A stretch of 64,000 nt of DNA from Candidatus Rifleibacterium amylolyticum (GTDB taxonomy: Bacteria > Muiribacteriota > Ozemobacteria > Ozemobacterales > Ozemobacteraceae), in assembly GCA_009917695.1 (NCBI GenBank), contig JAACJG010000004.1, positions 211,321-275,320 on the forward strand, given 5' to 3'. Below, in pieces: positions 19,801 through 28,940 of the stretch. The first letter of the stretch is position 1, and each line of letters begins with the position of its first letter. The position numbers and the translations under genes are program-made. The notes under the pieces are model-generated. The model made no database searches, was not told the origin of the DNA, and saw only the letters and a program-made list of their open reading frames with translations.

Positions 19801-19841
19801 AAAAAAAAAGGCCCGGGTCCTGAAGACCCGGGCTTTTTTTT
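19801..19841. terminator. Bidirectional rho-independent terminator serving the convergent genes prmA (+) and the membrane protein (-)
   Basis: A9-GCCCGGGTC-ctgaa-GACCCGGGC-T8. Confidence 0.8.
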
Positions 19842-19848
19842 ACGTAAG

Positions 19849-20763
19849 CTACTTCGAATTACTCTGGCGAAGGAGAGTTACGTAGCGGTTGTATGCTTCA
19901 CGATAATCATTGAGAGCTTTCTGAGTATCGGTGCGAAGCAGATTAGATCTGAGTTCCTCATCGGGGTTTTCACTGCCACCGATATTGGTAACCATGTTGA
20001 TGTACTTGTTGTAAGCCTTGATGTATTCAGCGTGAGCGTTCTTCAGTGCGGTAGAGGCATTGGCTGACGGAGCCGGTTCTGCCGGAGTTTCAACTGACGC
20101 CGTTACCGGAGCTGTTGAAGCAACTGGTGCTGATACCGGAATTTCTGTCGCTGGTGCCACTGTCGCAACAGGTGCGCCTACGTTCGGGCTGACAACGATT
20201 TCGCTCGAAGGAGCTGAAACTGATACTGACGGCAGATTGTTGCCGTTGCCGATGGTCTGATTCTGGCGTTTGTAGCGTTTCCACAGGAAGTAACCAACAA
20301 CTGCTGCACCAACCAGACACAGGGCCGGGATGAAGAGCGGGCTGCCGATGATACCACCGATGAAACCTGCGATACCAGAAAACACACTACCGATTGCGCC
20401 ACCGATTGCACCGAGAGCGCCTGTAATAAATCCACCTGCAGCTGAGATGCCGCCCCAGATAGTAGCACCGATACCGGCAATACCGGCTCCAGCGCCTGCT
20501 ACTGCTGCTGTCGCTCCACCAGCTACGCCTGCAACCGTTCCAGATGCGAATCCTACTGCGCTTGCAATGTATGGGGCTGCAAGAACTGCACCACCAACCG
20601 CTGCAACACCAGCAAGAGCCGTCTTGACCGGATTGTTCTTAACCGAGTCCTTGATCTTCGAGAACAGGCTTGCCTGAGCAGTTGCCGATCCGAAGGCCGT
20701 GAGGAACATGACTACGGCTAAGGTTGTCGCTAGCATTTTCATGAAACTACGTTTCAACCTCAT
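19849..20763 (-). CDS. Hypothetical membrane protein with Gly/Ala-rich TM segments and a Pro/Ala/Val-rich linker
   Basis: The ATG at 20763 (MRLKRSFMKML...) follows an AGGAGGAAG RBS. There is a signal/anchor, glycine-zipper-like helices (GVAGGATAAVAGAGAGIAGIGATIWGGISAAGG), and then a low-complexity linker and a C-terminal helical domain. Confidence 0.5.
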   Translation of the reverse strand: MRLKRSFMKMLATTLAVVMFLTAFGSATAQASLFSKIKDSVKNNPVKTALAGVAAVGGAVLAAPYIASAVGFASGTVAGVAGGATAAVAGAGAGIAGIGATIWGGISAAGGFITGALGAIGGAIGSVFSGIAGFIGGIIGSPLFIPALCLVGAAVVGYFLWKRYKRQNQTIGNGNNLPSVSVSAPSSEIVVSPNVGAPVATVAPATEIPVSAPVASTAPVTASVETPAEPAPSANASTALKNAHAEYIKAYNKYINMVTNIGGSENPDEELRSNLLRTDTQKALNDYREAYNRYVTLLRQSNSK

Positions 20764-20879
20764 AATACTTCCTCCTGTAAGGATCTGAACCAAATAGAAA
20801 CTTGATCCTTCCTCCTTTCGAAATTTGAAATAATGGGTAGGTAGGTAACATTGATACTCGGGTAAGTATCGGGTATTAA

Positions 20880-20910
20880 AGAAGCTCCGCTCGGGTAAGC
20901 GGAGCTCCAG
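20880..20910 (-). terminator. Stem-loop (9-11 bp) with a weak U-tract; possible terminator of the upstream periplasmic-protein gene
   Basis: AGCTCCGCT-cgggta-AGCGGAGCT; on the minus strand it is followed by TTCTTTAAT. Confidence 0.35.
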
Positions 20911-21054
20911 TTTCGAATTTTCTGTACCGAACGTCAAACGAATTTGCGTTCGAAATACGCTTGATTACTGGATTCCGTTTGGTTTTTCAAAGACCTTCTT
21001 GTATCTTGTATAAGATTATAAGAATGGAATCCTGATGCGTCAAGGTACCTTTTA

Positions 21055-21822
21055 TTATTTAGTCAACCCCATGTTGAGACTGAGATTCATGCGAGTTTCG
21101 ATCTTTTCCTTCTTGCCGGCGCCCAGGTCGTTTTCCATGACCATCAGCATGTTGGAAGTAACTTCGTTCTTGATCATGATGCCTTTTTTGTAGGCGAACC
21201 AGATGTTGCCGTTGGCTTTAACATCGAGGTTGATGCTGCCAGCTGCGCCCTGAGCGGTTGATACTTCTGACTGCAGCTTAACGCAATCTTCGCCGCCGAC
21301 TTTTTCGAAGCCCATAACGGTGTATTTTACGTTCATCGGAATCGGGAGCTGCGGATTGGCCGGAATGTTTGAAGTCCAGCTTTCGCCAACGCCTACGGGC
21401 TTGTTGGGGAATTTGATCTGCATCTGGTTGAAGTTGCCACCCTGCTGATCCATGCCGGTTGAGGAAAGGATTTCGCCATTTTTGGCCATTTTAACGCTGA
21501 TGATCTGGCCAATGTTGGGGAGCTGTGTCGGAGTGTTATTTACAGTGATTGTGCCATCGAGAATGGTGGTTGCCATATCGACGTTGCCGTCTTTGTCAAC
21601 ACCAGTGACCTTCTGTTCAATGGTCATGGCAGTTTCGAGATTTGTTCTCTGGGCTCTCTGATAGGCTGTGACAATGGTGTTGCCACGGATATTCATCTTG
21701 TATTTGGCAGTAGTGCCGGCGGCCGGGTTATACTGCAGGAGAACCTTCTCCTGGGCTGTGGCGGTAAAAGCCACCGATACAAGAAGCAGGACGCTCAGAA
21801 AAATCGAGATACGTTTCAACAT
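21055..21822 (-). CDS. Hypothetical periplasmic protein
   Basis: A signal peptide (MLKRISIFLSVLLLVSVAFTATAQE) leads into a beta-rich body. No family is recognised. Confidence 0.5.
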   Translation of the reverse strand: MLKRISIFLSVLLLVSVAFTATAQEKVLLQYNPAAGTTAKYKMNIRGNTIVTAYQRAQRTNLETAMTIEQKVTGVDKDGNVDMATTILDGTITVNNTPTQLPNIGQIISVKMAKNGEILSSTGMDQQGGNFNQMQIKFPNKPVGVGESWTSNIPANPQLPIPMNVKYTVMGFEKVGGEDCVKLQSEVSTAQGAAGSINLDVKANGNIWFAYKKGIMIKNEVTSNMLMVMENDLGAGKKEKIETRMNLSLNMGLTK

Positions 21823-22017
21823 TTAAACAAGTCTCCTTTCGCGAATCCATGAAGGGTGTCTACAATTTCGTTCTCAGCGGGCTTTGTCTGTACCGGTTTG
21901 GCAGGGCCAGCAAACAACCCGTAGCATGACATTAGCATAGAGCCTATAGAGTGTCAAGCATTCCCATATTTAATTATTTTCACACTATTGTCCAGTGCAA
22001 AAAAGTTCTTTTTGTTC

Positions 22018-22147
22018 GTCATTCTACGCGGCGCCAAGCGCAGTCGCAGGATTCAGAAAAGCGAAAAAGATGAATTCAACTGCTTTGCCTGACCCCTGCT
22101 TCGCTTAAGCTACGCAGGGCTTAGAGCGGGTTCGCACAGAATGATGG
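22018..22147. repeat. GTCATTCT-type palindromic repeat element (REP/MITE-like) with inverted ends GTCATTCTACGCG ... CGCACAGAATGATGG
   Basis: It shares the GTCATTCTGCGCG / GCGAAGTCGCAGAATCC core with the copies at 36895, 47889 and 62163. Confidence 0.45.
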
Positions 22148-22216
22148 TTGATTTTGACCGGGAATTGCTGCGGCTTGCCATGATGGCTGGTCAAAGTTGG
22201 TCAAATAAGTTATAAT

Positions 22217-22663
22217 ATGCAAAATTACACAATAAGGAAGCAGCCCCTGAGTCAGCGAACCGAATTCGACCCCAGCTATTTCGAAGGCGTCTATTTCGAA
22301 AAACGCGTCTGGGTGCCTTCAGCAAAGATATCAAATTATCTCATGATGTTTACACGATTGTACATCGGAGAAAATGACGATCTTGGCAAAGCCTCGTTCC
22401 GCGATACTCTGGTAACTCTGTCTGAGAGTGAACTGGTGCCGCGCACTCTGGTGTTCTGGAACAATGCAGTCAAGGCTTGCGTCGAGGGCAGTCCTTTGCT
22501 GGCCACTATTAACAAAATCGAGCGCCTTGGCGTCAGAGTTCTTGTCGCCGGGCATGCTCTCGAAAAACTTGGAATCAAGGGCGAGATGCGCGCTGGCAAG
22601 CTGGCTAACCACTTCGATCTGCTCGAAGCTATGAACCAGGTACAGAAGGTTGTAACTTTCTGA
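22217..22663 (+). CDS. DsrE/DsrF (YchN)-like family protein; the canonical Cys looks replaced. The start is uncertain.
   Basis: The C-terminal half (LVFWNNAVKACVEGSPLLATINKIERLGVRVLVAGHALEKLGIKG) resembles the DsrE-like fold. A TATAAT sits immediately upstream of the ATG at 22217, so the true start may be downstream. Confidence 0.45.
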   Translation: MQNYTIRKQPLSQRTEFDPSYFEGVYFEKRVWVPSAKISNYLMMFTRLYIGENDDLGKASFRDTLVTLSESELVPRTLVFWNNAVKACVEGSPLLATINKIERLGVRVLVAGHALEKLGIKGEMRAGKLANHFDLLEAMNQVQKVVTF

Positions 22664-22684
22664 TAAAAAACCGTACATTTTTTG

Positions 22685-22713
22685 TTGACAGGCTGGATGG
22701 TTGATGTTACAAT
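22685..22713 (+). promoter_or_regulatory. Near-consensus sigma-70 promoter TTGACA-17-TACAAT for the tRNA operon
   Basis: TTGACA at 22685-22690, 17-nt spacer, TACAAT at 22708-22713, about 20 nt before tRNA-Val. Confidence 0.6.
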
Positions 22714-22733
22714 GAACGACGTCAACGTGACAA

Positions 22734-22806
22734 GGGCGCTTAGCTCAGTTGGAAGAGCTCCTGGTTTACACCCAGGTGGTCGGCGGTTCGAGCCCGTCAG
22801 CGCCCA
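22734..22806 (+). tRNA. tRNA-Val (anticodon TAC)
   Basis: Cloverleaf GGGCGCT/AGCGCCC acceptor, anticodon loop TTTACAC, T-loop GGTTCGAGC; the 3' end encodes CC. Confidence 0.85.
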
Positions 22807-22816
22807 CCGAAAGCAT

Positions 22817-22891
<75 letters not shown>

Positions 22892-22905
22892 CTCTCATTT
22901 TAAAA

Positions 22906-22978
<73 letters not shown>

Positions 22979-22990
22979 TTTGTTTTGTCT

Positions 22991-23062
<72 letters not shown>

Positions 23063-23127
23063 TTGTGAAGGGTATTAACCTTCCCACATCTGGCCTGCCA
23101 GTTGCTGGTATGCCTTATAGATATTCT

Positions 23128-23202
<75 letters not shown>

Positions 23203-23207
23203 TTCAG

Positions 23208-23238
23208 AAGCCACCATAACCTGGTGGCTTTTGTGTTT
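23208..23238 (+). terminator. Rho-independent terminator of the tRNA operon
   Basis: AAGCCACC-ataacct-GGTGGCTT followed by TTGTGTTT. Confidence 0.7.
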
Positions 23239-23247
23239 CAGGGCAAT

Positions 23248-23772
23248 CTACTCTGACTGGGTCACGTCTGGCGGGCCAAACTCATCGCTGCCGCCGTGTT
23301 TCTCTGCGAAATTGCGAAGGTTCTGCAGGCTTTCGCTGCCAAAGCCGGTGGGGCTTGCATATATTCTGAACAGACGCCTGAATTCTTCAGGGCAGCCTTC
23401 AAGATCCGTTTTGGCAGCTTGATCCAGTATCAGATTGCGCAGTTTTTCTTTGCGCGCTTCGGCCGACCCGAAAACACTCAATATAAAACTGATCGGGCCG
23501 TTTTCGACCATCTCTATTTCCAGCGCCCACGGGAGTGGCAGTAGAACTCTCTCCATGTTCAGCTTTTCCAGGTCGAGAACGAGACTCTTGTCATCGGGGC
23601 TTTGCGCCAGTTTCAGTCTGGCTTTGTCGATCAGTTGATTTATGTGCTGCTGCTGACCACATAATGACTGAACTTCTTCAGCTGTGCTGGTATAAATCAA
23701 AAAAAGTGCAATCGCGGCCAGAGCAAAAGCGAAACAGCTCATAAACAAAGCTGCCAGAAAAGTCTTTTTCAT
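23248..23772 (-). CDS. Hypothetical membrane-anchored protein
   Basis: The ATG at 23772 follows a GGAGGAAAC RBS. A TM anchor (TFLAALFMSCFAFALAAIALFLIY) precedes a helical domain. Confidence 0.5.
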   Translation of the reverse strand: MKKTFLAALFMSCFAFALAAIALFLIYTSTAEEVQSLCGQQQHINQLIDKARLKLAQSPDDKSLVLDLEKLNMERVLLPLPWALEIEMVENGPISFILSVFGSAEARKEKLRNLILDQAAKTDLEGCPEEFRRLFRIYASPTGFGSESLQNLRNFAEKHGGSDEFGPPDVTQSE

Positions 23773-23974
23773 GTTTCCTCCAATTATGCCAGATGCATTA
23801 CATCGCCGCCTGCGTCTCAAGAGGGGGTCTTGCGTTCAGGCATGTCTATGTCACACGGATACTTGTATGCAGGTCTATATTACCTGATTTTTCAAAAAAG
23901 TCACCCTCATGGCTGCAAAATATAGCTGTCTCTGCCGATATATCTAAAAAAAGGTGTTTGTAGCAGGAGGCATT

Positions 23975-25831
23975 ATGTCCGCATTATTGACTATTGGGAC
24001 GACTGGCAGAAAATCAGGTCAGCCGCTATCTCAGCGCGCGCGTCGTCTGGTCGGCAGATTCCTTCTCTGTACCGCATTCTCAGCTGTGGCGGGAATTCCG
24101 GCCGAAGCCGGCGCTCTTGACTGGCTTATTCAGAGCTCTTCTGCCCGTAATTCAAGAAAAACTGAGTCCGTCGGGCAAGGTGGTTCTCAGGCAGAATCCG
24201 TGCAGCTCCAGATGCCTGCACAAGAGCAGCAGCAACTTACTGGCGGCAATCTCGACACATTCACATTCGCATCAAGCCACTGGAAACAGTCGCGCGAACG
24301 TCTGGAAAAGGCCTGCCGGGCTATCAGCAGCCGCTATAACGACAACTCTGCCCGTGATATTCTACAGAAACTCTTTGTCATTGCCACTCAGATCTTTCGC
24401 GAGAATATTCGCAATACCGCAATGGCTGTCGGCGAAGTCAGAGATGTCAATCTCAAGGTGCGGCAGGGTCTGGTGGCTGTTAACCGGATTGTTACCGCCC
24501 CTGGCCAGGAGACGCTCGACAACCTCGATCGGGCTATCGATGAAGTGCTGTCGGCCAATGTTAACCAGCTGCTCTATGTCAAAAAATATCTGGTTGCCTC
24601 AGAAAGAACAGCGCAACTTGCCCGCACATCTTATGAGACTCTTGAGCTGATTCCCTCTCTTTCCTTGCCGGCGCTCGACATGATGGTGTTGATGGCGAAG
24701 CAGCTTATGCGTGTTTCGCAGTCGAACAGTGAGGCTTTCAAGGGATTGTTGCTTAACGTTCAGAGCAGCAGCGAGCAGGTAAGTGCCGGTCTCGACAATG
24801 TTAAGAAGATCGTGCGTGAAACGTTGCGCTTCTCAGATCATTTTGCGGTCAAACAGTTTCCGCTGATCAACCTGCCGACGCCCTCACGCGAAAAAATCTA
24901 CGTGCAGCTCAACACACTTGATAACTTTGTAAGAGGAGTTGACAACACCGTTCAGATCGGCGATTCACAGGTGCGCAACGCCTCTCAGCAGTTTACTCAC
25001 ATGATTACCGGATTTATTGCGAAGGCGGCCGAGAGTCTCAAATATCAAAGCCCTGATAATCAGGAAAAAGCTTTGCCGCAGATTTCGAACTACGCACGTA
25101 ACCAGGTCAGCGGTCTGTTTTTGCGGGCAAAAGAAGATCTGACTTCAATGCGCAGTGAAATGGCCAAAGCTGCCCGTCCCGGAACTGGCGCGATGCCGCC
25201 GGCAGTTAAGGTCGAAAGTGGCGAAGAAATGGCTTCCCGGCGTGCCAGATCAGCAGCCGGCGAGAAATTGCCGCTGTTTTTGCTCGGCGGAAAAAATGCT
25301 GCAGAGACAGATGTAGCCGCCGCTCCAGCTGAAGAACGGGTTTTAACGGCGCGAATTCCTGATCAGAGTTCGTTTTTGCCACTCAAGACGCAAACAGCGG
25401 CAGAAACTCAGATAGCTCGTCCTGACATCAATTTCGCTGCACCTCCTGCCGGAGTCACCGAACAGGTGCTTTATGATGAAAGCGCAAGTTTTGGCAGCAG
25501 CTCAGATCTGATGCAGTCTGAAGTTAATATTCTGAGTAATGAACTTGGCGCTGATTTCTTTTTCGGCTCCGGCGAAAACATCTCACAGAGCAGTTTGCAG
25601 GCGCGCAACGATGATTCGGTCGGGTTCGAAAGCGAAGAAGAAGGCGACGAAGAAGCAGAAGACAACGGCTTTGCCGAAAGCGATATGCAGATCAGCTACG
25701 ACAATCTCAATTCCAGCGGCGAACCCGAAATCGAACTGCTCAAATTCGATTCGGCCTCTTACGGCTCATCCTCTGATGACCTGATTCCCATGATGCGTTT
25801 CGAAGGTGAAACACTCAATTTTGAGGACTGA
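23975..25831 (+). CDS. Hypothetical large secreted protein with a coiled-coil body and an acidic C-terminal tail
   Basis: The ATG at 23975 is 4 nt after AGGAGG. A signal-like N-terminus is present and the C-terminus is Asp/Glu/Ser-rich. Confidence 0.5.
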   Translation: MSALLTIGTTGRKSGQPLSQRARRLVGRFLLCTAFSAVAGIPAEAGALDWLIQSSSARNSRKTESVGQGGSQAESVQLQMPAQEQQQLTGGNLDTFTFASSHWKQSRERLEKACRAISSRYNDNSARDILQKLFVIATQIFRENIRNTAMAVGEVRDVNLKVRQGLVAVNRIVTAPGQETLDNLDRAIDEVLSANVNQLLYVKKYLVASERTAQLARTSYETLELIPSLSLPALDMMVLMAKQLMRVSQSNSEAFKGLLLNVQSSSEQVSAGLDNVKKIVRETLRFSDHFAVKQFPLINLPTPSREKIYVQLNTLDNFVRGVDNTVQIGDSQVRNASQQFTHMITGFIAKAAESLKYQSPDNQEKALPQISNYARNQVSGLFLRAKEDLTSMRSEMAKAARPGTGAMPPAVKVESGEEMASRRARSAAGEKLPLFLLGGKNAAETDVAAAPAEERVLTARIPDQSSFLPLKTQTAAETQIARPDINFAAPPAGVTEQVLYDESASFGSSSDLMQSEVNILSNELGADFFFGSGENISQSSLQARNDDSVGFESEEEGDEEAEDNGFAESDMQISYDNLNSSGEPEIELLKFDSASYGSSSDDLIPMMRFEGETLNFED

Positions 25832-25895
25832 GAATCGCGCTTGAAACTGGCGGATAATCTGTGTAGACTGCTCTAAATTAACATCGGAGCAGAAT

Positions 25896-26882
25896 ATGAG
25901 TTTCCCTGTGCATCGTCCGCGGCGTCTGCGTATAGACAGTCGCCTGCGCGGTATGATCCGAGATGTCAGCCTGTCCCCCGCTAACCTGATTTATCCGCTT
26001 TTTGTCGTCGATCAAATTGCTGAACCCCACGAAATTTCGGCGATGCCAGGTCAGAAACACTGGCCGGTTGCGCTCGTGCATGAGCCTGTTGCTGAGGCCA
26101 TGCGCAAGGGTGTCATCGCATTCATTCTTTTTGGCGTTCCATCTGCCAAAGATGCTCACGGCAGTCAGGCTTACGACGCAGACAGCGTTGTCTGTCGCGC
26201 TCTGCGCCACATTCGCCAGCACTGCCCGCAGGCGTATCTGATAACCGACGTCTGCCTGTGTGCATACACCGACCACGGCCACTGTGGTATGCTCAAAGAC
26301 GACGGCAGTATTGATAACGACAGTTCGATCGATCTGATTGCACGCATGGCTCTGGCACATGCGCAGGCTGGCGCTGATATGGTGGCGCCTTCCGATATGA
26401 TGGATGGCCGCATCGGCGCGATAAGAAATCTGCTCGATACAAATGGCCTGGTTGATCTGCCGATAATGTCTTATTCGGCCAAGTATGCCTCGGCTTTTTA
26501 CGGGCCCTTCCGCGAGGCGGCCGGCTCAGCGCCGGGAAAAGGCGATCGCAGCGGCTATCAGATGGACTTTCGCTTCGCGCGCGATGCCATGGTCGAGTTT
26601 GAGCTTGACCTCGAAGAGGGCGCAGATATTCTGATGGTCAAGCCTGGCCTGGCTTATCTCGATATGGTCAAGCTGGCGCGCGACAATTTTCCCTGCCCGA
26701 TCGCGGTTTACCAGGTTTCTGGTGAATATTCGATGATCAAGGCCGCCGCCGAAAAGGGCTGGGTTAACGAACGCGCAGTTGCGCTCGAAAGCCTTTATGC
26801 CATGCGTCGCGCCGGGGCTGACCTTATTTTGACTTATTTTGCGCCGCAGGTTGCTGAATGGCTGCAGGAGGCGAAAAGCTGA
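25896..26882 (+). CDS. hemB: Porphobilinogen synthase (delta-aminolevulinic acid dehydratase)
   Basis: The full-length HemB signature is present, including the Cys-rich Zn site (DVCLCAYTDHGHCG) and active-site lysines (MVKPG..YQVSGEY). Confidence 0.9.
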   Translation: MSFPVHRPRRLRIDSRLRGMIRDVSLSPANLIYPLFVVDQIAEPHEISAMPGQKHWPVALVHEPVAEAMRKGVIAFILFGVPSAKDAHGSQAYDADSVVCRALRHIRQHCPQAYLITDVCLCAYTDHGHCGMLKDDGSIDNDSSIDLIARMALAHAQAGADMVAPSDMMDGRIGAIRNLLDTNGLVDLPIMSYSAKYASAFYGPFREAAGSAPGKGDRSGYQMDFRFARDAMVEFELDLEEGADILMVKPGLAYLDMVKLARDNFPCPIAVYQVSGEYSMIKAAAEKGWVNERAVALESLYAMRRAGADLILTYFAPQVAEWLQEAKS

Positions 26883-27934
26883 TGCCGCATCCGCATGCTA
26901 CGGCACAACAAGATTCTCAACTTCTTCGAGTTCTCGCCTGGGAAAGCACACGCGCCTGCACTCTGGCCTGCCCGCATTGTCGTGCCTCGGCCGTCGATAT
27001 GCGCGATCCAGATGAACTGACTACCGCTGAGGCCATGCAGATGCTTGATTCAGCGGCTGAGCTCGGCAAATCGATTATTATTCTCAGTGGTGGAGAGCCG
27101 CTGCTGCGCGAAGATCTTGAACAGATTGCCGAACATGCGGTTAAACTTGGTCATCGCCCGGTCGTTTCTTGTAATGACGGGCGGCTGTTGACCGACGAGC
27201 GTCTGACTACTCTGGCTGCTGCCGGTATCAGACATTTCAGCTTCAGCATGCACTCAGAGCTTGAGACCGATCACGACCATTTTGTCCGGGTTGAAGGCGC
27301 TTATCGAGAGGCTTTGCAGGCTTTCGCGCGAATAAAAAAGCATGGCCTGTCATTTCAGATCAATACAACGGTTCTGCCGGGTAACCATGAGCGGTTGGCC
27401 AAAATCAAAGACTGGGTCGTTTCACTTGGTGCTGCCAGCTGGCATCTGTTTTTCATTGTGCCGATGGGTCGTGCTGCTGCTGCCGGTTCAGAGGTCGCTC
27501 TCAGGCAGACGCAGATCGACGCGGTGCTCAGATACGTTGCGGCAGAATCTGACGACTGGCCGATTCCGGTAAAGGTGACCTGCGCTCCGCAATATGCGCA
27601 GATACGTGCCAGCATGGGCAAAGATCCCGGCAGCCGCGGGCGCAGCTGTATGGCCGGCAGCGGTTTTGTCTTCGTCAGCTGGTGTGGTGAAGTAAAGCCG
27701 TGCGGCTATTTCGATCTCGTGGTCGGCAATATTCGCAAAACACCTCTGAGCCAGATATATCGCGAAAGTGCTGAGCTGCGTGATATGCGCACTCCGGAAA
27801 AATTCAGCGGCATCTGCGGGCGCTGCAAGTTCAATCGAGTCTGTGGTGGTTGTCGGGCGCGCGCATACGCTGTTAATGGGAGTTTTCTCGCGTCTGACCC
27901 AAATTGCAACTATTCTGCTGGTCAAGAAGGTTAA
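26882..27934 (+). CDS. Radical SAM/SPASM protein of the AhbC/AhbD/NirJ family (alternative heme biosynthesis)
   Basis: A CTLACPHCRAS (CxxxCxxC) motif with a C-terminal SPASM-like cluster site (CGRCKFNRVCGGCRARAY). The start overlaps the hemB stop by 1 nt (TGATG). It is flanked by hemB and AsnC-like decarboxylase genes. Confidence 0.75.
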   Translation: MPHPHATAQQDSQLLRVLAWESTRACTLACPHCRASAVDMRDPDELTTAEAMQMLDSAAELGKSIIILSGGEPLLREDLEQIAEHAVKLGHRPVVSCNDGRLLTDERLTTLAAAGIRHFSFSMHSELETDHDHFVRVEGAYREALQAFARIKKHGLSFQINTTVLPGNHERLAKIKDWVVSLGAASWHLFFIVPMGRAAAAGSEVALRQTQIDAVLRYVAAESDDWPIPVKVTCAPQYAQIRASMGKDPGSRGRSCMAGSGFVFVSWCGEVKPCGYFDLVVGNIRKTPLSQIYRESAELRDMRTPEKFSGICGRCKFNRVCGGCRARAYAVNGSFLASDPNCNYSAGQEG

Positions 27935-28010
27935 ACCGCGGTATCATTGGTACACTTTCAGGCCTGCAGATATTACTGACAAATAACAGATCAAGCAAAG
28001 GATACACCTG

Positions 28011-28454
28011 ATGGACGAAAAAGATCACGAAATAATTCAGATGCTTCAGGGCAGTTTCCCGCTCGAATCTGAGCCATACCGTGTAATTGGTGATAAACTC
28101 TGGCTCGACGAGGTATCGGTCATATCGAGAATTGCACGGATGATTCAAGGTGGAGCCATACGTTATCTCGGGCCGTTTTTCGACAGTCGTAAGCTCGGTT
28201 ACCAGGGCTGTCTGGCCGCAATACAGGTTGCTCCCGAGCAGGTCGACAAGGTTGCTGCTGTTCTCGATCAGTTCTCAGAGATAACCCATAATTACCTGCG
28301 TGACGGCAAACCCAACATGTGGTTTACCGTGATTGCGCCGTCTCTGGAACGCCGCGCTGAAATTTTTTCGGCGATCAAAGAAGCCGCCGGTATTGATGAA
28401 ATCATGGTTTTTCCGTCAAAGAAATTTTTTAAAGTAAAAGTGGACCTCGACTAG
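28011..28454 (+). CDS. Siroheme decarboxylase subunit (AhbA/AhbB, NirD/L/G/H family, Lrp/AsnC-like)
   Basis: DHEIIQMLQGSFPLESEPYRVIGDKLWLDEVSVISRIARMIQGGAIRYLGPFFD is the classic NirDL/AhbAB N-terminal HTH followed by the AsnC-type C-terminal fold. Confidence 0.75.
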   Translation: MDEKDHEIIQMLQGSFPLESEPYRVIGDKLWLDEVSVISRIARMIQGGAIRYLGPFFDSRKLGYQGCLAAIQVAPEQVDKVAAVLDQFSEITHNYLRDGKPNMWFTVIAPSLERRAEIFSAIKEAAGIDEIMVFPSKKFFKVKVDLD

Positions 28455-28463
28455 GAGCTGCTC

Positions 28464-28940
28464 ATGGATAACAAAACCCGACAGATCCTGTGTGAACTTC
28501 AGGATGGCTTTAAACTGGAAACTCGCCCGTTCAAGCGCATTGCCAACGAGGTTGGCTGTAGTGAAGAAGAAGTCCTCGAAATTATCAAGCGAAGTCGCGA
28601 GGAAGGGCTGATTCGCCGTATTGGAGCAGCAGTGCGCCCGGGTCATCTCGGCCATTCCGCGAATGCTCTGGTTGTCTGGCAGGTGGCCGAAGATCGCGTC
28701 GATGAAGTCGGCACCGCGCTGGCCGAAATGCGTGAGATTTCGCATTGCTACGAGCGTGAATGTCCGCCAAACTGGCCTTATAATCTCTTCACCATGATTC
28801 ATGCACGCAGTGAAGAAGAGCTTGAGCAGATCATCGCCGACATTTTTCAGCGCTTTTCGCTTGGGCAATACAAGGTTTTGCGCACTGTCAAAGAGCTCAA
28901 GAAAACCTCGATGCGCTATTTCGAGGAAAACGCAAAATGA
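28464..28940 (+). CDS. Siroheme decarboxylase subunit (second AhbA/AhbB paralog)
   Basis: TRQILCELQDGFKLETRPFKRIANEVGCSEEEVLEIIKRSREEGLIRRIGAAV is the same family as the previous gene; the two presumably form a heterodimer. Confidence 0.75.
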   Translation: MDNKTRQILCELQDGFKLETRPFKRIANEVGCSEEEVLEIIKRSREEGLIRRIGAAVRPGHLGHSANALVVWQVAEDRVDEVGTALAEMREISHCYERECPPNWPYNLFTMIHARSEEELEQIIADIFQRFSLGQYKVLRTVKELKKTSMRYFEENAK